From Hyphomicrobium sp. (lineage in GTDB: Bacteria > Pseudomonadota > Alphaproteobacteria > Rhizobiales > Hyphomicrobiaceae), in assembly GCF_047600905.1 (NCBI RefSeq), contig NZ_JASGKD010000001.1, positions 3,033,949-3,097,948 on the forward strand: 64,000 nt of DNA, read 5' to 3'. Below the pieces are notes generated by a model. The model saw only the letters and a program-made list of their open reading frames with translations. It searched no databases and was not told the DNA's origin. Shown piece by piece: positions 41,946 to 51,157 of the stretch. Made by a program: the position numbers and the translations under genes. Positions within the stretch are counted from its first letter, which is position 1. The number at the start of each line of letters is the position of its first letter.

Positions 41946-42338
41946 GTGCTGGATATTCTCGATCATATCGGCTTTCCCGTCACCGATTATGCGCGGTCGC
42001 TGGAATTCTACACCAAGGCGCTGGCGCCGCTCGGCATCGGCCTGCTCAAGGAAATGAAGTTTTCCGAAGACGAGAACGACGGCTACGCGGGCTTCGGACG
42101 CGAGCGGCCGCAATTCTGGATCGGCACCGGTTCATCGCTGAAAGGCCGGCTGCACGTGGCGTTTGCAGCCCAGAATCGCGCGGAAGTTCAGGCGTTTTAT
42201 GATGCGGCGCTGGCGGCGGGCGGCAAGGACAACGGGCCGCCGGGTCTCAGGCCGCACTATCACGCCAACTACTACGGCGGTTTCGTCTTCGATCCGGACG
42301 GTCACAACATCGAAGCCGTGACGCATCTGCCGGAATAG
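41946..42338 (+). CDS. VOC/glyoxalase family protein
   Basis: LDHIGF, LHVAF, GGKDNGPPG.R..YH.NYY, DPDGHNIEAV. Confidence 0.9.
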   Translation: MLDILDHIGFPVTDYARSLEFYTKALAPLGIGLLKEMKFSEDENDGYAGFGRERPQFWIGTGSSLKGRLHVAFAAQNRAEVQAFYDAALAAGGKDNGPPGLRPHYHANYYGGFVFDPDGHNIEAVTHLPE

Positions 42339-42354
42339 GCGGCGAAATCGAACC

Positions 42355-43371
42355 TCACAGATTGAGCTGATAGGTGTGCGCCAGCCAGCGATAGCTGCCG
42401 GGGCCATTTCTCTCGACATACCCGATCGAGGGAAACGGCATGTGATAGCCGATGACCGGTAAGCGCTCTGTCGCTGCCATATCGTAGATGCGACGGCGTG
42501 TTTTGGCGCCGAGCGGCTTATCGGAATTGAAGATGCAATACCATTCAGGATGCGCCAGTGACGCAACTTGGTGGTGCGCGCAGTCTCCCCAGTACAAGAT
42601 CGACTTGCCTTGGCTCTCGATCAAAAATGCGAGGTGACCGGGCGTATGACCGTAGGCTTCGACAGCGCGGATGCCGGTGATGACATCGTCGCCGGGCTTG
42701 ATGAAGGTAAACCTATCGGCGACCGGCTTCGTGTTCGATCGGAAGACACTGGCCCATTTTTCGAGGTCGCCGGTAAATTTTCCTTCGGGCGCCCAGAAGT
42801 CATGCTCAATTCCTCCGATGACGTAGCGGGCATTGCGAAAGAGCGGTTGCGCGTTTTCGATCGTGCCACCCACGTGATCGGGATGGCCGTGGCTGAACAC
42901 AACGATATCGATGTCGTCGGGTTTGAAGCCCGCGGGGTGCAGTTGGGCCGCAAGCCAGCCGCCGTTCGGGCGCGCGATAAAGCCGTTCGCGCCGTTGCCT
43001 GTGTCGAACAGAATGATCTCTTTGCCGGTATTGACGATGGTCGGTGAAAAGCCCGGCTGATATCTTTTCTCGGGCAGAAGATTATCGCGCATCAAAGTTT
43101 CGACATCGGCTTCACTTGCGTTCTCTCCGATGATGGGAAACGGGCCATCGATAAAGGCTTCGGAATCCGAGATCGTCGTGATTTCGAAATCTCCGAACTT
43201 GAACCGGTAGAATTTCGGCTGCCAATTGCCGAGCATTGCCGCGGACGCGTTTGCGGATAGTGCCGTTGCAACGCCCATAACCGGCATCGCCGCGAGGCCG
43301 GCGCCGGCGGCCATGAGCGCCCGGCGATTCATGGCCGGACTAAGGGCTTCACGGATGGTTGTCTTCGTCAT
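42355..43371 (-). CDS. Tat-exported metallo-beta-lactamase-fold hydrolase (MPH/AHL-lactonase-like class)
   Basis: Twin-arginine signal NRRALM, HGHPDH (HxHxDH), GHTPGH, WGD, YHMPFP. Confidence 0.9.
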   Translation of the reverse strand: MTKTTIREALSPAMNRRALMAAGAGLAAMPVMGVATALSANASAAMLGNWQPKFYRFKFGDFEITTISDSEAFIDGPFPIIGENASEADVETLMRDNLLPEKRYQPGFSPTIVNTGKEIILFDTGNGANGFIARPNGGWLAAQLHPAGFKPDDIDIVVFSHGHPDHVGGTIENAQPLFRNARYVIGGIEHDFWAPEGKFTGDLEKWASVFRSNTKPVADRFTFIKPGDDVITGIRAVEAYGHTPGHLAFLIESQGKSILYWGDCAHHQVASLAHPEWYCIFNSDKPLGAKTRRRIYDMAATERLPVIGYHMPFPSIGYVERNGPGSYRWLAHTYQLNL

Positions 43372-43416
43372 TTCGATGTCCTAGGCAAATGTTCAGACCC
43401 AACACGAGGCTAGACC

Positions 43417-44232
43417 GTGGGAAAATCCGCGCGCTTGTATGAATCTGCTGCGCCGAATGACAACGACCTCAGACCGCTCTGGCACGTCGGTCTGGGACGC
43501 ATGCTGTTTGCAGGCCCTCTGAGTCGAAATGCAGCACACAGCCATAGCGTGCCGGTTCTGCTTGCCGGTCTCTATGAGGACTTCGCCCTGCGAATTGGGA
43601 GCGGCACGTGGAGGCGATGCCGTGCGGCGGTCGTCAGAGCGGGCACCACGTACGAGTTCGACGCGGAGGGCCAGCCATTGGCTGTGCTCTATGCCGATGC
43701 CAGCCAAACGTCGGCGGAATGTCTTGCGGTGCTCATCGCGCAGACGCGCGAAGAGCCCGGCGCGGTTATCGGTAAGAGCGCCGATCTTGGTTCGCTCAGG
43801 ACGCTTTACGAAGATCCGCAAAGCATCCGATGGGCCGGAGAGTTTATCGCCGATGTCATTGCATTTTCGGCGCCCAAGGCCCGGCGTCCGATAGACGAAC
43901 GGATCAGGCGTGCGGTCGAACACATCGAGACAGAAGCCAACGGAACCGTGTCCGGGATTGATTACCGGAATTCGGTGGTGTCCGCAGCGCAAGCGGCCAA
44001 CCTTTCGACGTCTCGCTTCCAACATCTATTCAAAGAGGAAATTGGTGTGCCGTGCCGGCGATACGCGGCATGGGCGCGAATGCGTGTGGCGGTTTCCGAG
44101 GTTGTTAGCGGGAGTAACCTCACGACGGCCGCACACGCGGCGGGCTTTTACGATCAGCCCCACTTCGCCCGCGAATTTCGCAGGATTTTCGGTGCGCCTG
44201 CGTCGCGCAGCCTCGCCGGCGTCAGGCGATGA
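43417..44232 (+). CDS. AraC-family transcriptional regulator
   Basis: LSTSRFQHLFKEEIG, AAHAAGFYDQPHFAREFRRIFG; divergent from the hydrolase. Confidence 0.9.
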   Translation: MGKSARLYESAAPNDNDLRPLWHVGLGRMLFAGPLSRNAAHSHSVPVLLAGLYEDFALRIGSGTWRRCRAAVVRAGTTYEFDAEGQPLAVLYADASQTSAECLAVLIAQTREEPGAVIGKSADLGSLRTLYEDPQSIRWAGEFIADVIAFSAPKARRPIDERIRRAVEHIETEANGTVSGIDYRNSVVSAAQAANLSTSRFQHLFKEEIGVPCRRYAAWARMRVAVSEVVSGSNLTTAAHAAGFYDQPHFAREFRRIFGAPASRSLAGVRR

Positions 44233-44310
44233 CATTGGTGAAAGCCTTCACTCTTGCCGGATAGCATGCGATAGCGGCTCCTATTGCAAGATCGACGTCA
44301 AGACATTCCC

Positions 44311-45525
44311 ATGGCCAATTCTCTCTCTTCCCTCACATCCGGTGCGATCTCGTCGCCCTTTTCGCAGCTTCGCAAGCTGCTCGCAGGGATTGCGCCTGGG
44401 CACGAGAAGCCGATCGAGCTGACGATCGGGGAGCCGCGCGAGGCGATGCCGGATTTCATCCAGGCGAAACTCGATGAAGCGACGGCGCTTTATGGCAAGT
44501 ATCCGCCGATCCGCGGCGCCGAAGAGGCGCGCAAGGCCATCTCGGAGTGGCTGTCGAAGCGATACGGATTGCCCGGCGACAGCGTCGATCCGGAGCGCGA
44601 GGTGCTGATGCTTTCGGGCTCACGGGAGGGGCTGTTTTTTGCTTGCCTTCCCGCCGTCGGGCGCAAGGCGTTCGATGGTCAGCCCGCGATCTTGATGTGC
44701 AATCCCTATTATTCGGCTTACGTCGCGGGCGCGATCGCGGTTGGAGCCAAGCCTATCTATCTCAACGCGACGAAGGCGACGGGCTTTCTTCCGGATCTCG
44801 ACGCGATCGCAAGCGATAGAAATTTGCTTCAGCGGACGGCGGCGCTGTTCATCAATTCGCCGTCCAACCCGCAGGGCACGGTCGCGGATCGCGGCTATAT
44901 CCTGAAGGCGCTCGAACTGGCGCGCGCCTACGACTTCATGCTGTTTCTCGACGAGTGCTATTCGGAGATCTACACGGAAGCGGCGCCGACCGGTGGGCTC
45001 GAGGTCGCGATCGGGACGCCCGAGCGCTATCGCAATCTCGTGGTCTTCAATTCGCTGTCGAAGCGATCGAATTTGCCCGGTCTCAGATCGGGCTTCTGTG
45101 CGGGCGACGCGGCGTTCATCGAAGCCTATGGCGAAGTGCGTAACATGTGTGCGCCGACGGTGCCCTTGCCGGTGCAACATGCGTCGGCCGCGATTTGGCG
45201 CGACGAAGCCCATGTCGAACGCTCGCGAGAGGCGTATCGCGAGAAATTCCGCATTGTTGACAATGTGTTAGCCGGTCGGTACGGATACCGGCGGCCCGCC
45301 GGCGGCTTCTGCCTCTGGCTCGATATGAGTCAATTCGGCGGTGGCTCTCAAGCGGCGGTAACCTTATGGCAACGCGCAGGCGTCAAGGTTATTCCCGGTA
45401 GCTTTTTGGCTCAGACGGGAAGGGACGGGACCAATCCCGGCGCGGACTATGTTCGCGTCGCCATGGTGCAGGACTCCGCGACGATCCAGGAAGCGCTCGA
45501 ACGCACGATTTCCGTGCTGCGTTAA
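44311..45525 (+). CDS. Class I/II PLP aminotransferase (DapC-like)
   Basis: LTIGEP, NSPSNPQG, DECYSEI, NSLSKRSNLPGLRSG. Confidence 0.92.
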   Translation: MANSLSSLTSGAISSPFSQLRKLLAGIAPGHEKPIELTIGEPREAMPDFIQAKLDEATALYGKYPPIRGAEEARKAISEWLSKRYGLPGDSVDPEREVLMLSGSREGLFFACLPAVGRKAFDGQPAILMCNPYYSAYVAGAIAVGAKPIYLNATKATGFLPDLDAIASDRNLLQRTAALFINSPSNPQGTVADRGYILKALELARAYDFMLFLDECYSEIYTEAAPTGGLEVAIGTPERYRNLVVFNSLSKRSNLPGLRSGFCAGDAAFIEAYGEVRNMCAPTVPLPVQHASAAIWRDEAHVERSREAYREKFRIVDNVLAGRYGYRRPAGGFCLWLDMSQFGGGSQAAVTLWQRAGVKVIPGSFLAQTGRDGTNPGADYVRVAMVQDSATIQEALERTISVLR

Positions 45526-45542
45526 AGAGTACGTTCGCGCCG

Positions 45543-48242
45543 ATGTCACTGGATACGCGAGGAATCGATCCTCAGCGGCTATTGCCGCAGTCCATGGAGG
45601 ACCGTCTGCTGAGCTGGCTAGGCCGTTTGAGCGGCATGGTTCTGCTCGGCCTGGCGCTGCTCATCTGGACGAGCCTCGTGTCCTGGTCGGCGCTAGACCC
45701 AAGCCTGACGCACACGACGACGACGCCCGCCCATAATTTCGGCGGTCCGGTCGGTGCGATCATTTCGGATCTTCTGTTTCAGATGTTCGGCTTCGGTGCG
45801 GCGCTTGGGCTGATCGCACCGGTGGTCTGGGGCATCGAGATGCTGAGGTCGGAGCGCGTCGCCGACGGCCGCGTCAAGCTCGGCTTCTATCCGCTTTCCA
45901 TTCTGGCGCTGACGGGTGCGATCTCGGCGCTTCCGGTTTTGAGCGGATGGCCGCTGCGTCACGGATACGGCGGACTGCTCGGCGACGGCGTCTACCACCT
46001 GATTCTCAAGCTGTTCTCGATGCTCAACGAAGAGCGGGCGCCGCTGGCGGCGGGGATCGTACTGCTTGCCGCGGCCGTTCATACGAGCGGCAAAGCGATT
46101 GGCTTCGAATTCGAGACCGTGATGAAAGCGTTCCTGCGCTCGCTCGGCTCGGGCATGCGTTATGCGTCGAGCAAACGACGGCTCGACGACATGGCGGCGG
46201 TCGGATCGTCGTTTGCGGCCGGGGCGCAGCGCGTACGCAAGGGCTGGTTTGGGCGGACGCCGGAACCTGCTGAAGCGCAAACCGGATATCGTTCGCTCGA
46301 TGCATTTGCCGGTGCGGAGCCAACGCCCACCCTCGATCTCAATCCAGAGCGCACCGCTCGTCCACGTCACGTCGAAGCTGACAGGCCGTCGGCGGCCATC
46401 CGGCACACGGAGATGCACGACGATCGGCCGATGGCGCAAGATTACGTGACGCAGGTGCCGCACACTGCACATGACGACGCTATCGATGGCGGCGCGGTCG
46501 ATGCCGCCGATCGCGGATTCGATTTCGACGATACGACCGAGGATTCGAGCCGGGCGATCGCCAAGCGCTTTGCGCCGGCATCCGCGGCTGCGGGCGCTGC
46601 GCGTGAGGCGGAGCCCGATCTCATGATGCCGCCACCGCCACCGGTGTCGCGGGACGTCCTTCCGAAAACCTCAACCACGAAGCCGAGTGCGGCCGCCAAC
46701 GCGCTGCTCTCCGGCATCGCGAGAACCCGCACGCAGCCGATCTGGAAGCGTCCGTCGCTCAACATGCTGAAGCGGCCGGGCGCGCAGAAGCCGCGGCCGG
46801 AACTTTCACAAACCGTGATGCGCGGCAATGCTCGGCTGCTTGAAGACGTGCTCGCCGATTTCGGGGTCAAGGGCGAAGTGAAGGATATTCGGCCCGGCCC
46901 GGTCGTGACGCTCTACGAACTCGAACCCTCGCGTGGAACCAAGTCGTCGCGCGTGATCGGCCTTGCAGAAGATATTGCGCGCTCGATGAGCGTTGCGAGC
47001 GTCCGCGCCGCCGTCGTGCCGGGCCGCAACGCCATTGGCCTTGAATTGCCGAACGCGCGGCGCGAAACGGTGCTGCTGCGTGAAATTCTCGAAGCCGACA
47101 CTTTCAAATCGGATGCGGCGACGCTGCCGCTCGGGCTCGGCAAATCGATCAGCGGTGATCCGGTTGTCGCCGATCTCGCGCGCATGCCGCATCTTCTGGT
47201 CGCCGGTACCACCGGATCGGGCAAGTCGGTCGGCATCAACGCCATGGTGCTGTCGCTGCTCTACCGGCATTCGCCGGACGATTGCCGCGTGCTGATGATC
47301 GATCCGAAGATGCTCGAGCTGTCGGTCTATAACGATATTCCGCACCTGCTGACGCCGGTTATCACCGATCCGCACAAAGCGGTCGCCGCGCTCGATTGGG
47401 CCGTGCGCGAGATGGAAGAGCGCTATAAGCGGATGGCGGCGCTGTCGGTTCGCAATATCGACGTCTTCAACAACCGCGTGCGCAATGCCAAGAAGCGCGG
47501 CGAGATGCTGTCGCGCACGGTGCAGACGGGCTTCGACAAGACAGGAGCGGCGCGCTTCGAGACGCAGACGATGGATCTCGAGCCGCTGCCGCGCATCGTC
47601 ATCATCGTCGATGAATTCGCGGACCTGATGATCGTCGCCGGGCGCGAGGTCGAAGCCTCGGTGCAGCGCCTTGCGCAAATGGCGCGCGCCGCGGGCATCC
47701 ACCTGATCATGGCGACGCAGCGCCCATCGGTCGACATCATCACCGGCACGATCAAGGCGAATTTCCCGACGCGCATCTCATTCAAGGTGACGTCGAAGAT
47801 CGACAGCCGAACCATTCTGAATGAACAAGGCGCGGAGCAGCTGCTCGGCCAGGGCGACATGCTTTATTCGACAGGCGCGGGGCAGCTGGTGCGCGTCCAC
47901 GGTGCGTTCGTGTCTGATGAAGAAGTCGTGGCGTTCGCCGACGCGCTGAGGCGCGAAGCATCACCGAAGTATGTCGACGGCATCACAGACGCGCCCGAGT
48001 CATTGGAGGTCGCGACGGGGCTTCGCGAGGCGAGCGATGATGATCTTTATGATCGCGCCGTAGCTATCGTCCTCAGAGACGGCAAAGCCTCGACGAGCTA
48101 CCTGCAACGCAGGCTTTCGATCGGTTACAATAGAGCCGCGGATCTGATCGAGCGTATGGAACGGGAAGGTCTGATTTCCGCTGCCAACTCGGTCGGAAAG
48201 CGGGAAATTCTGATGTCCCGCCGTGGCGCGGATGCCGCCTGA
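45543..48242 (+). CDS. ftsK: DNA translocase FtsK
   Basis: N-terminal TM domain, GPVVTLYE, GTTGSGKS, DEFADLM, ATQRPSVD, gamma domain IGYNRAA. Confidence 0.98.
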   Translation: MSLDTRGIDPQRLLPQSMEDRLLSWLGRLSGMVLLGLALLIWTSLVSWSALDPSLTHTTTTPAHNFGGPVGAIISDLLFQMFGFGAALGLIAPVVWGIEMLRSERVADGRVKLGFYPLSILALTGAISALPVLSGWPLRHGYGGLLGDGVYHLILKLFSMLNEERAPLAAGIVLLAAAVHTSGKAIGFEFETVMKAFLRSLGSGMRYASSKRRLDDMAAVGSSFAAGAQRVRKGWFGRTPEPAEAQTGYRSLDAFAGAEPTPTLDLNPERTARPRHVEADRPSAAIRHTEMHDDRPMAQDYVTQVPHTAHDDAIDGGAVDAADRGFDFDDTTEDSSRAIAKRFAPASAAAGAAREAEPDLMMPPPPPVSRDVLPKTSTTKPSAAANALLSGIARTRTQPIWKRPSLNMLKRPGAQKPRPELSQTVMRGNARLLEDVLADFGVKGEVKDIRPGPVVTLYELEPSRGTKSSRVIGLAEDIARSMSVASVRAAVVPGRNAIGLELPNARRETVLLREILEADTFKSDAATLPLGLGKSISGDPVVADLARMPHLLVAGTTGSGKSVGINAMVLSLLYRHSPDDCRVLMIDPKMLELSVYNDIPHLLTPVITDPHKAVAALDWAVREMEERYKRMAALSVRNIDVFNNRVRNAKKRGEMLSRTVQTGFDKTGAARFETQTMDLEPLPRIVIIVDEFADLMIVAGREVEASVQRLAQMARAAGIHLIMATQRPSVDIITGTIKANFPTRISFKVTSKIDSRTILNEQGAEQLLGQGDMLYSTGAGQLVRVHGAFVSDEEVVAFADALRREASPKYVDGITDAPESLEVATGLREASDDDLYDRAVAIVLRDGKASTSYLQRRLSIGYNRAADLIERMEREGLISAANSVGKREILMSRRGADAA

Positions 48243-48459
48243 CTGTCGTGATCGACTGACGATCCGGGTCAAACTGAGGATAAGTGGCGAGGTGTCGCCG
48301 CCGGTTGCTTGCCTCTTGTAATCAATTGGCTTTACCCAAAAGCGAGGCAATGTCCGGTCCGCCTAGTTCTGGACGCATTCTTCGTTGAAACGATAGCTCG
48401 TGCGATTGGCCCGCAAATTCGGGCTTCGGGGCTGTGGGGGGCCGCGAATGGGACAAATC

Positions 48460-49194
48460 ATGAGGCAATTTCTGCGCGGAGCCGCCGTTGCGACGGCGAT
48501 GACTTTCGCGTTTGCAGGCGTTGCGACGGCGCAAGATCCGGATGGGCCGACGAACACCATCGTCAATGCGCCTGCGAAGAAGCCGGCGGTCAACGGATGG
48601 ACCGGGGAAGTCGCGCCCGCCAACAGCGATGAAGGCATCACGCTCGACGCCCACCAAAAGACCTTGGTCGACAAGGTCAGCGCCTATTTCCAATCTCTGC
48701 AGAGCCTCAAGGGCTCGTTCACGCAGGTCGATGCCGACAACAAGAAGATGAAGGGCAAGTTCTTCGTCAAACGCCCCGGCCGCTTCCGCTTCGATTACGC
48801 GCTGCCGTCGCGCCAGATCATCGTTTCCGATGGCCAGAACCTCGCGATCCAGGATCTCGATCTCAACAACGAGGATCGCGTTTCTCTCGATCAAACGCCG
48901 TTCAGGCTGCTGCTGCGCGAGGACGTCAATCTTCAGCGTGATGCCAAGATCCTGGAAGTGCAGGAATCGGAAGACCTCATCGTGCTTACGCTCGAGGACA
49001 AGGATCCCAATTCTCCGGGTCGCATAAAGCTGTTCCTGGCAGCGAAGCCGGTGATGGAGCTGAAAGAATGGGTAACAACGGACGCCCAGGGTCAGGACAC
49101 CAGAATCCAGCTTTCTCAATTGGTTAAGACCGACGATCTGGACGGAAATTTATTTAAAATTCAATCGCTTTGGCCGAAAAGCGCAACGCCGTAG
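48460..49194 (+). CDS. lolA: Outer-membrane lipoprotein carrier LolA
   Basis: Signal peptide, GSFTQ, KRPGRFRFDY, IVSDG, TP..LLL; downstream of ftsK. Confidence 0.9.
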   Translation: MRQFLRGAAVATAMTFAFAGVATAQDPDGPTNTIVNAPAKKPAVNGWTGEVAPANSDEGITLDAHQKTLVDKVSAYFQSLQSLKGSFTQVDADNKKMKGKFFVKRPGRFRFDYALPSRQIIVSDGQNLAIQDLDLNNEDRVSLDQTPFRLLLREDVNLQRDAKILEVQESEDLIVLTLEDKDPNSPGRIKLFLAAKPVMELKEWVTTDAQGQDTRIQLSQLVKTDDLDGNLFKIQSLWPKSATP

Positions 49195-49250
49195 GGAGTT
49201 TTCGAAGCAAATCAGTCTGTTGCGCAATTGACGCGATGCAATACCCATCC

Positions 49251-49259
49251 TGTGGATAA
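49251..49259 (-). promoter_or_regulatory. Perfect DnaA box
   Basis: TGTGGATAA = TTATCCACA on the minus strand, followed by degenerate TTTGGGTAA (49261-49269). Confidence 0.55.
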
Positions 49260-49340
49260 GTTTGGGTAACTGATCACATTTTCGTGATGCGCCCGTTCGG
49301 GGCCTATTGAATTTTCCTGGCTTGGGCTTAACTCAGAGAC

Positions 49341-49484
49341 ATGCAGGCGGCGTCACCCTGTATTCGGTAGTGCCCCCCGTCTAGCCGAAGACGCTGCCTC
49401 TGGTACCGGCTTCCCTCCCGGTGCCGAGCGCGACAAGCGCATAGCGCCCAGTTCCTCCCCCCGGAACTGGGCGCCCTCGTTTTC
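49341..49484 (+). ncRNA. Candidate sRNA with C-rich (anti-Shine-Dalgarno-like) loops
   Basis: Hairpins at 49345-49399, 49402-49425 and 49444-49474 with loops TGCCCCCCGT, CTTCCCTC and TCCCCCC. Confidence 0.6.
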
Positions 49485-49500
49485 AGGCCCCTCAATTCCA

Positions 49501-49560
49501 AAAGTTTCTGGTCCCACAGTTTCCGGTCGCAAAGCTTCCGTTTCTAAAGCTTCTGCTTGC
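49501..49560. repeat. Four degenerate 15-bp tandem repeats
   Basis: AAAGTTTCTGGTCCC / ACAGTTTCCGGTCGC / AAAGCTTCCGTTTCT / AAAGCTTCTGCTTGC. Confidence 0.6.
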
Positions 49561-49630
49561 GCATCTAAAATTCTGTTCTCCAGAATTCGTGGCTGGCCTC
49601 AGGAGCGACAGCTATCGAGCGAATTCTACG

Positions 49631-50155
49631 TCAGGTGGCTTGCGAAACGACCGTCTGTTCAACCTTCGGACGTTGCAATCGCGGCGAGATCGTAGCGTCA
49701 TCGCCGCCGGTAGCAATAGCTTTCAGATCATTCGCCAACAGTTTTAGACGAGCGGTGATTATCGCGCAAAAGTGTTCGGCGAGGTCGGGTTCCTCTTGCA
49801 TAAATTCGAGCGTTTTCTCTCTCGTGAGACGAAGCGCTTTCACTGCGCCTTGCGCAATGATCGTCGATGTGTGGGGAAAGTCGATCAGCATCGCGAGCTC
49901 GGCGATCATTGCGCCTTCGGGCACGATTTCACCGCGCGATTTCTGCGAAGGATCGCCGCTATCATCAACGCGAAGGCAGCTTCCCGAAATGATGATGATG
50001 GCGGCATCGCTCATTTCGTTCTCGGTCGTCAGCGCGTCGCCGGGCCGATAGATGATGCGTTCGGCGCGGCGGACGATTTCCGTCAATTGCAGCGGCGTCA
50101 GGCCGCGAAAAATCGGCAGCGCCAGCAGTGGTTGTACGAGGGCATCAATCGCCAT
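49631..50155 (-). CDS. Cyclic-nucleotide-binding domain protein (no HTH seen)
   Basis: LPIFRGL, IAELAML, TIIAQG..KALRL. Confidence 0.85.
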   Translation of the reverse strand: MAIDALVQPLLALPIFRGLTPLQLTEIVRRAERIIYRPGDALTTENEMSDAAIIIISGSCLRVDDSGDPSQKSRGEIVPEGAMIAELAMLIDFPHTSTIIAQGAVKALRLTREKTLEFMQEEPDLAEHFCAIITARLKLLANDLKAIATGGDDATISPRLQRPKVEQTVVSQAT

Positions 50156-50329
50156 CGTTGAGAGGACTCCAGCTTGTTCAAAACACGGCGACACGCGAAC
50201 CTGCGCAATGGCAGGCAACGCGACGCGACTATGATTTTCGTATCTGAATCGGCGTTGCCGACGAAACGCTGTTAGTACGCGCAGCGGCGCCAGGCTGTGG
50301 AAGCCGGTTGAACAACGCTCAAAAGCAAA

Positions 50330-50345
50330 AGATTCACGTGAAAAC
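50330..50345. promoter_or_regulatory. parS-like site
   Basis: AGATTCACGTGAAAAC, 15/16 identical to the reverse complement of 1138-1153. Confidence 0.55.
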
Positions 50346-50377
50346 GACCGCGAATTCGTCAGCGCATGCTTTGCCGG

Positions 50378-51064
50378 TCACGGTGCGAGCTTGTAGCCGC
50401 CACTTTCGGTGATCAGGAGCTCGGCGTTCGAGGGATCTTTTTCAATCTTCTGGCGCAGGCGGTAGATGTGGGTTTCGAGCGTGTGGGTGGTGACGCCGGC
50501 GTTGTAGCCCCAGACCTCATGCAAGAGAACGTCGCGGGAGACGACCTTGTCGCCGGAACGATAGAGATACTTGAGAATGGATGTTTCTTTTTCCGTCAGG
50601 CGGATCTTGCTTCCTGCCTCGTCGATCAGAAGTTTCGAAGCCGGTTTGAAGGTGTAGTTGCCGATAGCAAATACGGCATCCTCGCTTTGTTCGTGCTGGC
50701 GGAGCTGCGCCCGGATGCGCGCGAGAAGAACGGCGAACTTGAACGGCTTCAGCACATAATCGTTGGCGCCCGCATCGAGGCCCAAGATCTGATCGGCATC
50801 GGAGGTATTGCCCGTCAACATGACGATCGGCGTCTTGAAACCCGATTTGCGAAGCAGCTTCACGGCCTCGCGGCCATCCATGTCGGGCAAGCCGACGTCG
50901 AAAACGACCAAGTCGAAACGACCGGTTTTGGCGGCTTCGATGCCCTTGCTCGCGGTCCCGGCTTCGGAAACCTCGAATTCGTCGTGCAGGACGAGTTGGT
51001 CTTTCAACGACGTACGCAAATCTTCATCGTCGTCGACGAGGAGGACCTTACGGGCCGTGCTCAT
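50378..51064 (-). CDS. OmpR-family response regulator (orphan)
   Basis: LLVDDD, DVGLPDMDG, GANDYVLKPF, winged helix LTEKE, ETHIYRLRQKIE. Confidence 0.96.
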   Translation of the reverse strand: MSTARKVLLVDDDEDLRTSLKDQLVLHDEFEVSEAGTASKGIEAAKTGRFDLVVFDVGLPDMDGREAVKLLRKSGFKTPIVMLTGNTSDADQILGLDAGANDYVLKPFKFAVLLARIRAQLRQHEQSEDAVFAIGNYTFKPASKLLIDEAGSKIRLTEKETSILKYLYRSGDKVVSRDVLLHEVWGYNAGVTTHTLETHIYRLRQKIEKDPSNAELLITESGGYKLAP

Positions 51065-51157
51065 GGACGGGGGCTCCAGTTTCTTGCCTTCTTTTCAAGG
51101 AACACTAGCATCGTGTGCGCGGGCAACATAGGGTCTCGCAGCAAACACGCAAGGGGA

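Noticed and set aside
45543-46800. Long low-complexity FtsK linker and Gly/Pro-rich Ffh tail as novel domains
   Set aside because: Variable linkers and tails are normal for these families
49501-49560. CRISPR array
   Set aside because: Units are 15 bp, degenerate and contiguous with no spacers; no cas genes in the window
50366-51157. 451-aa ORF that would extend the L,D-transpeptidase N-terminus
   Set aside because: The extension is antisense to the response regulator; an RBS supports a start at 51158
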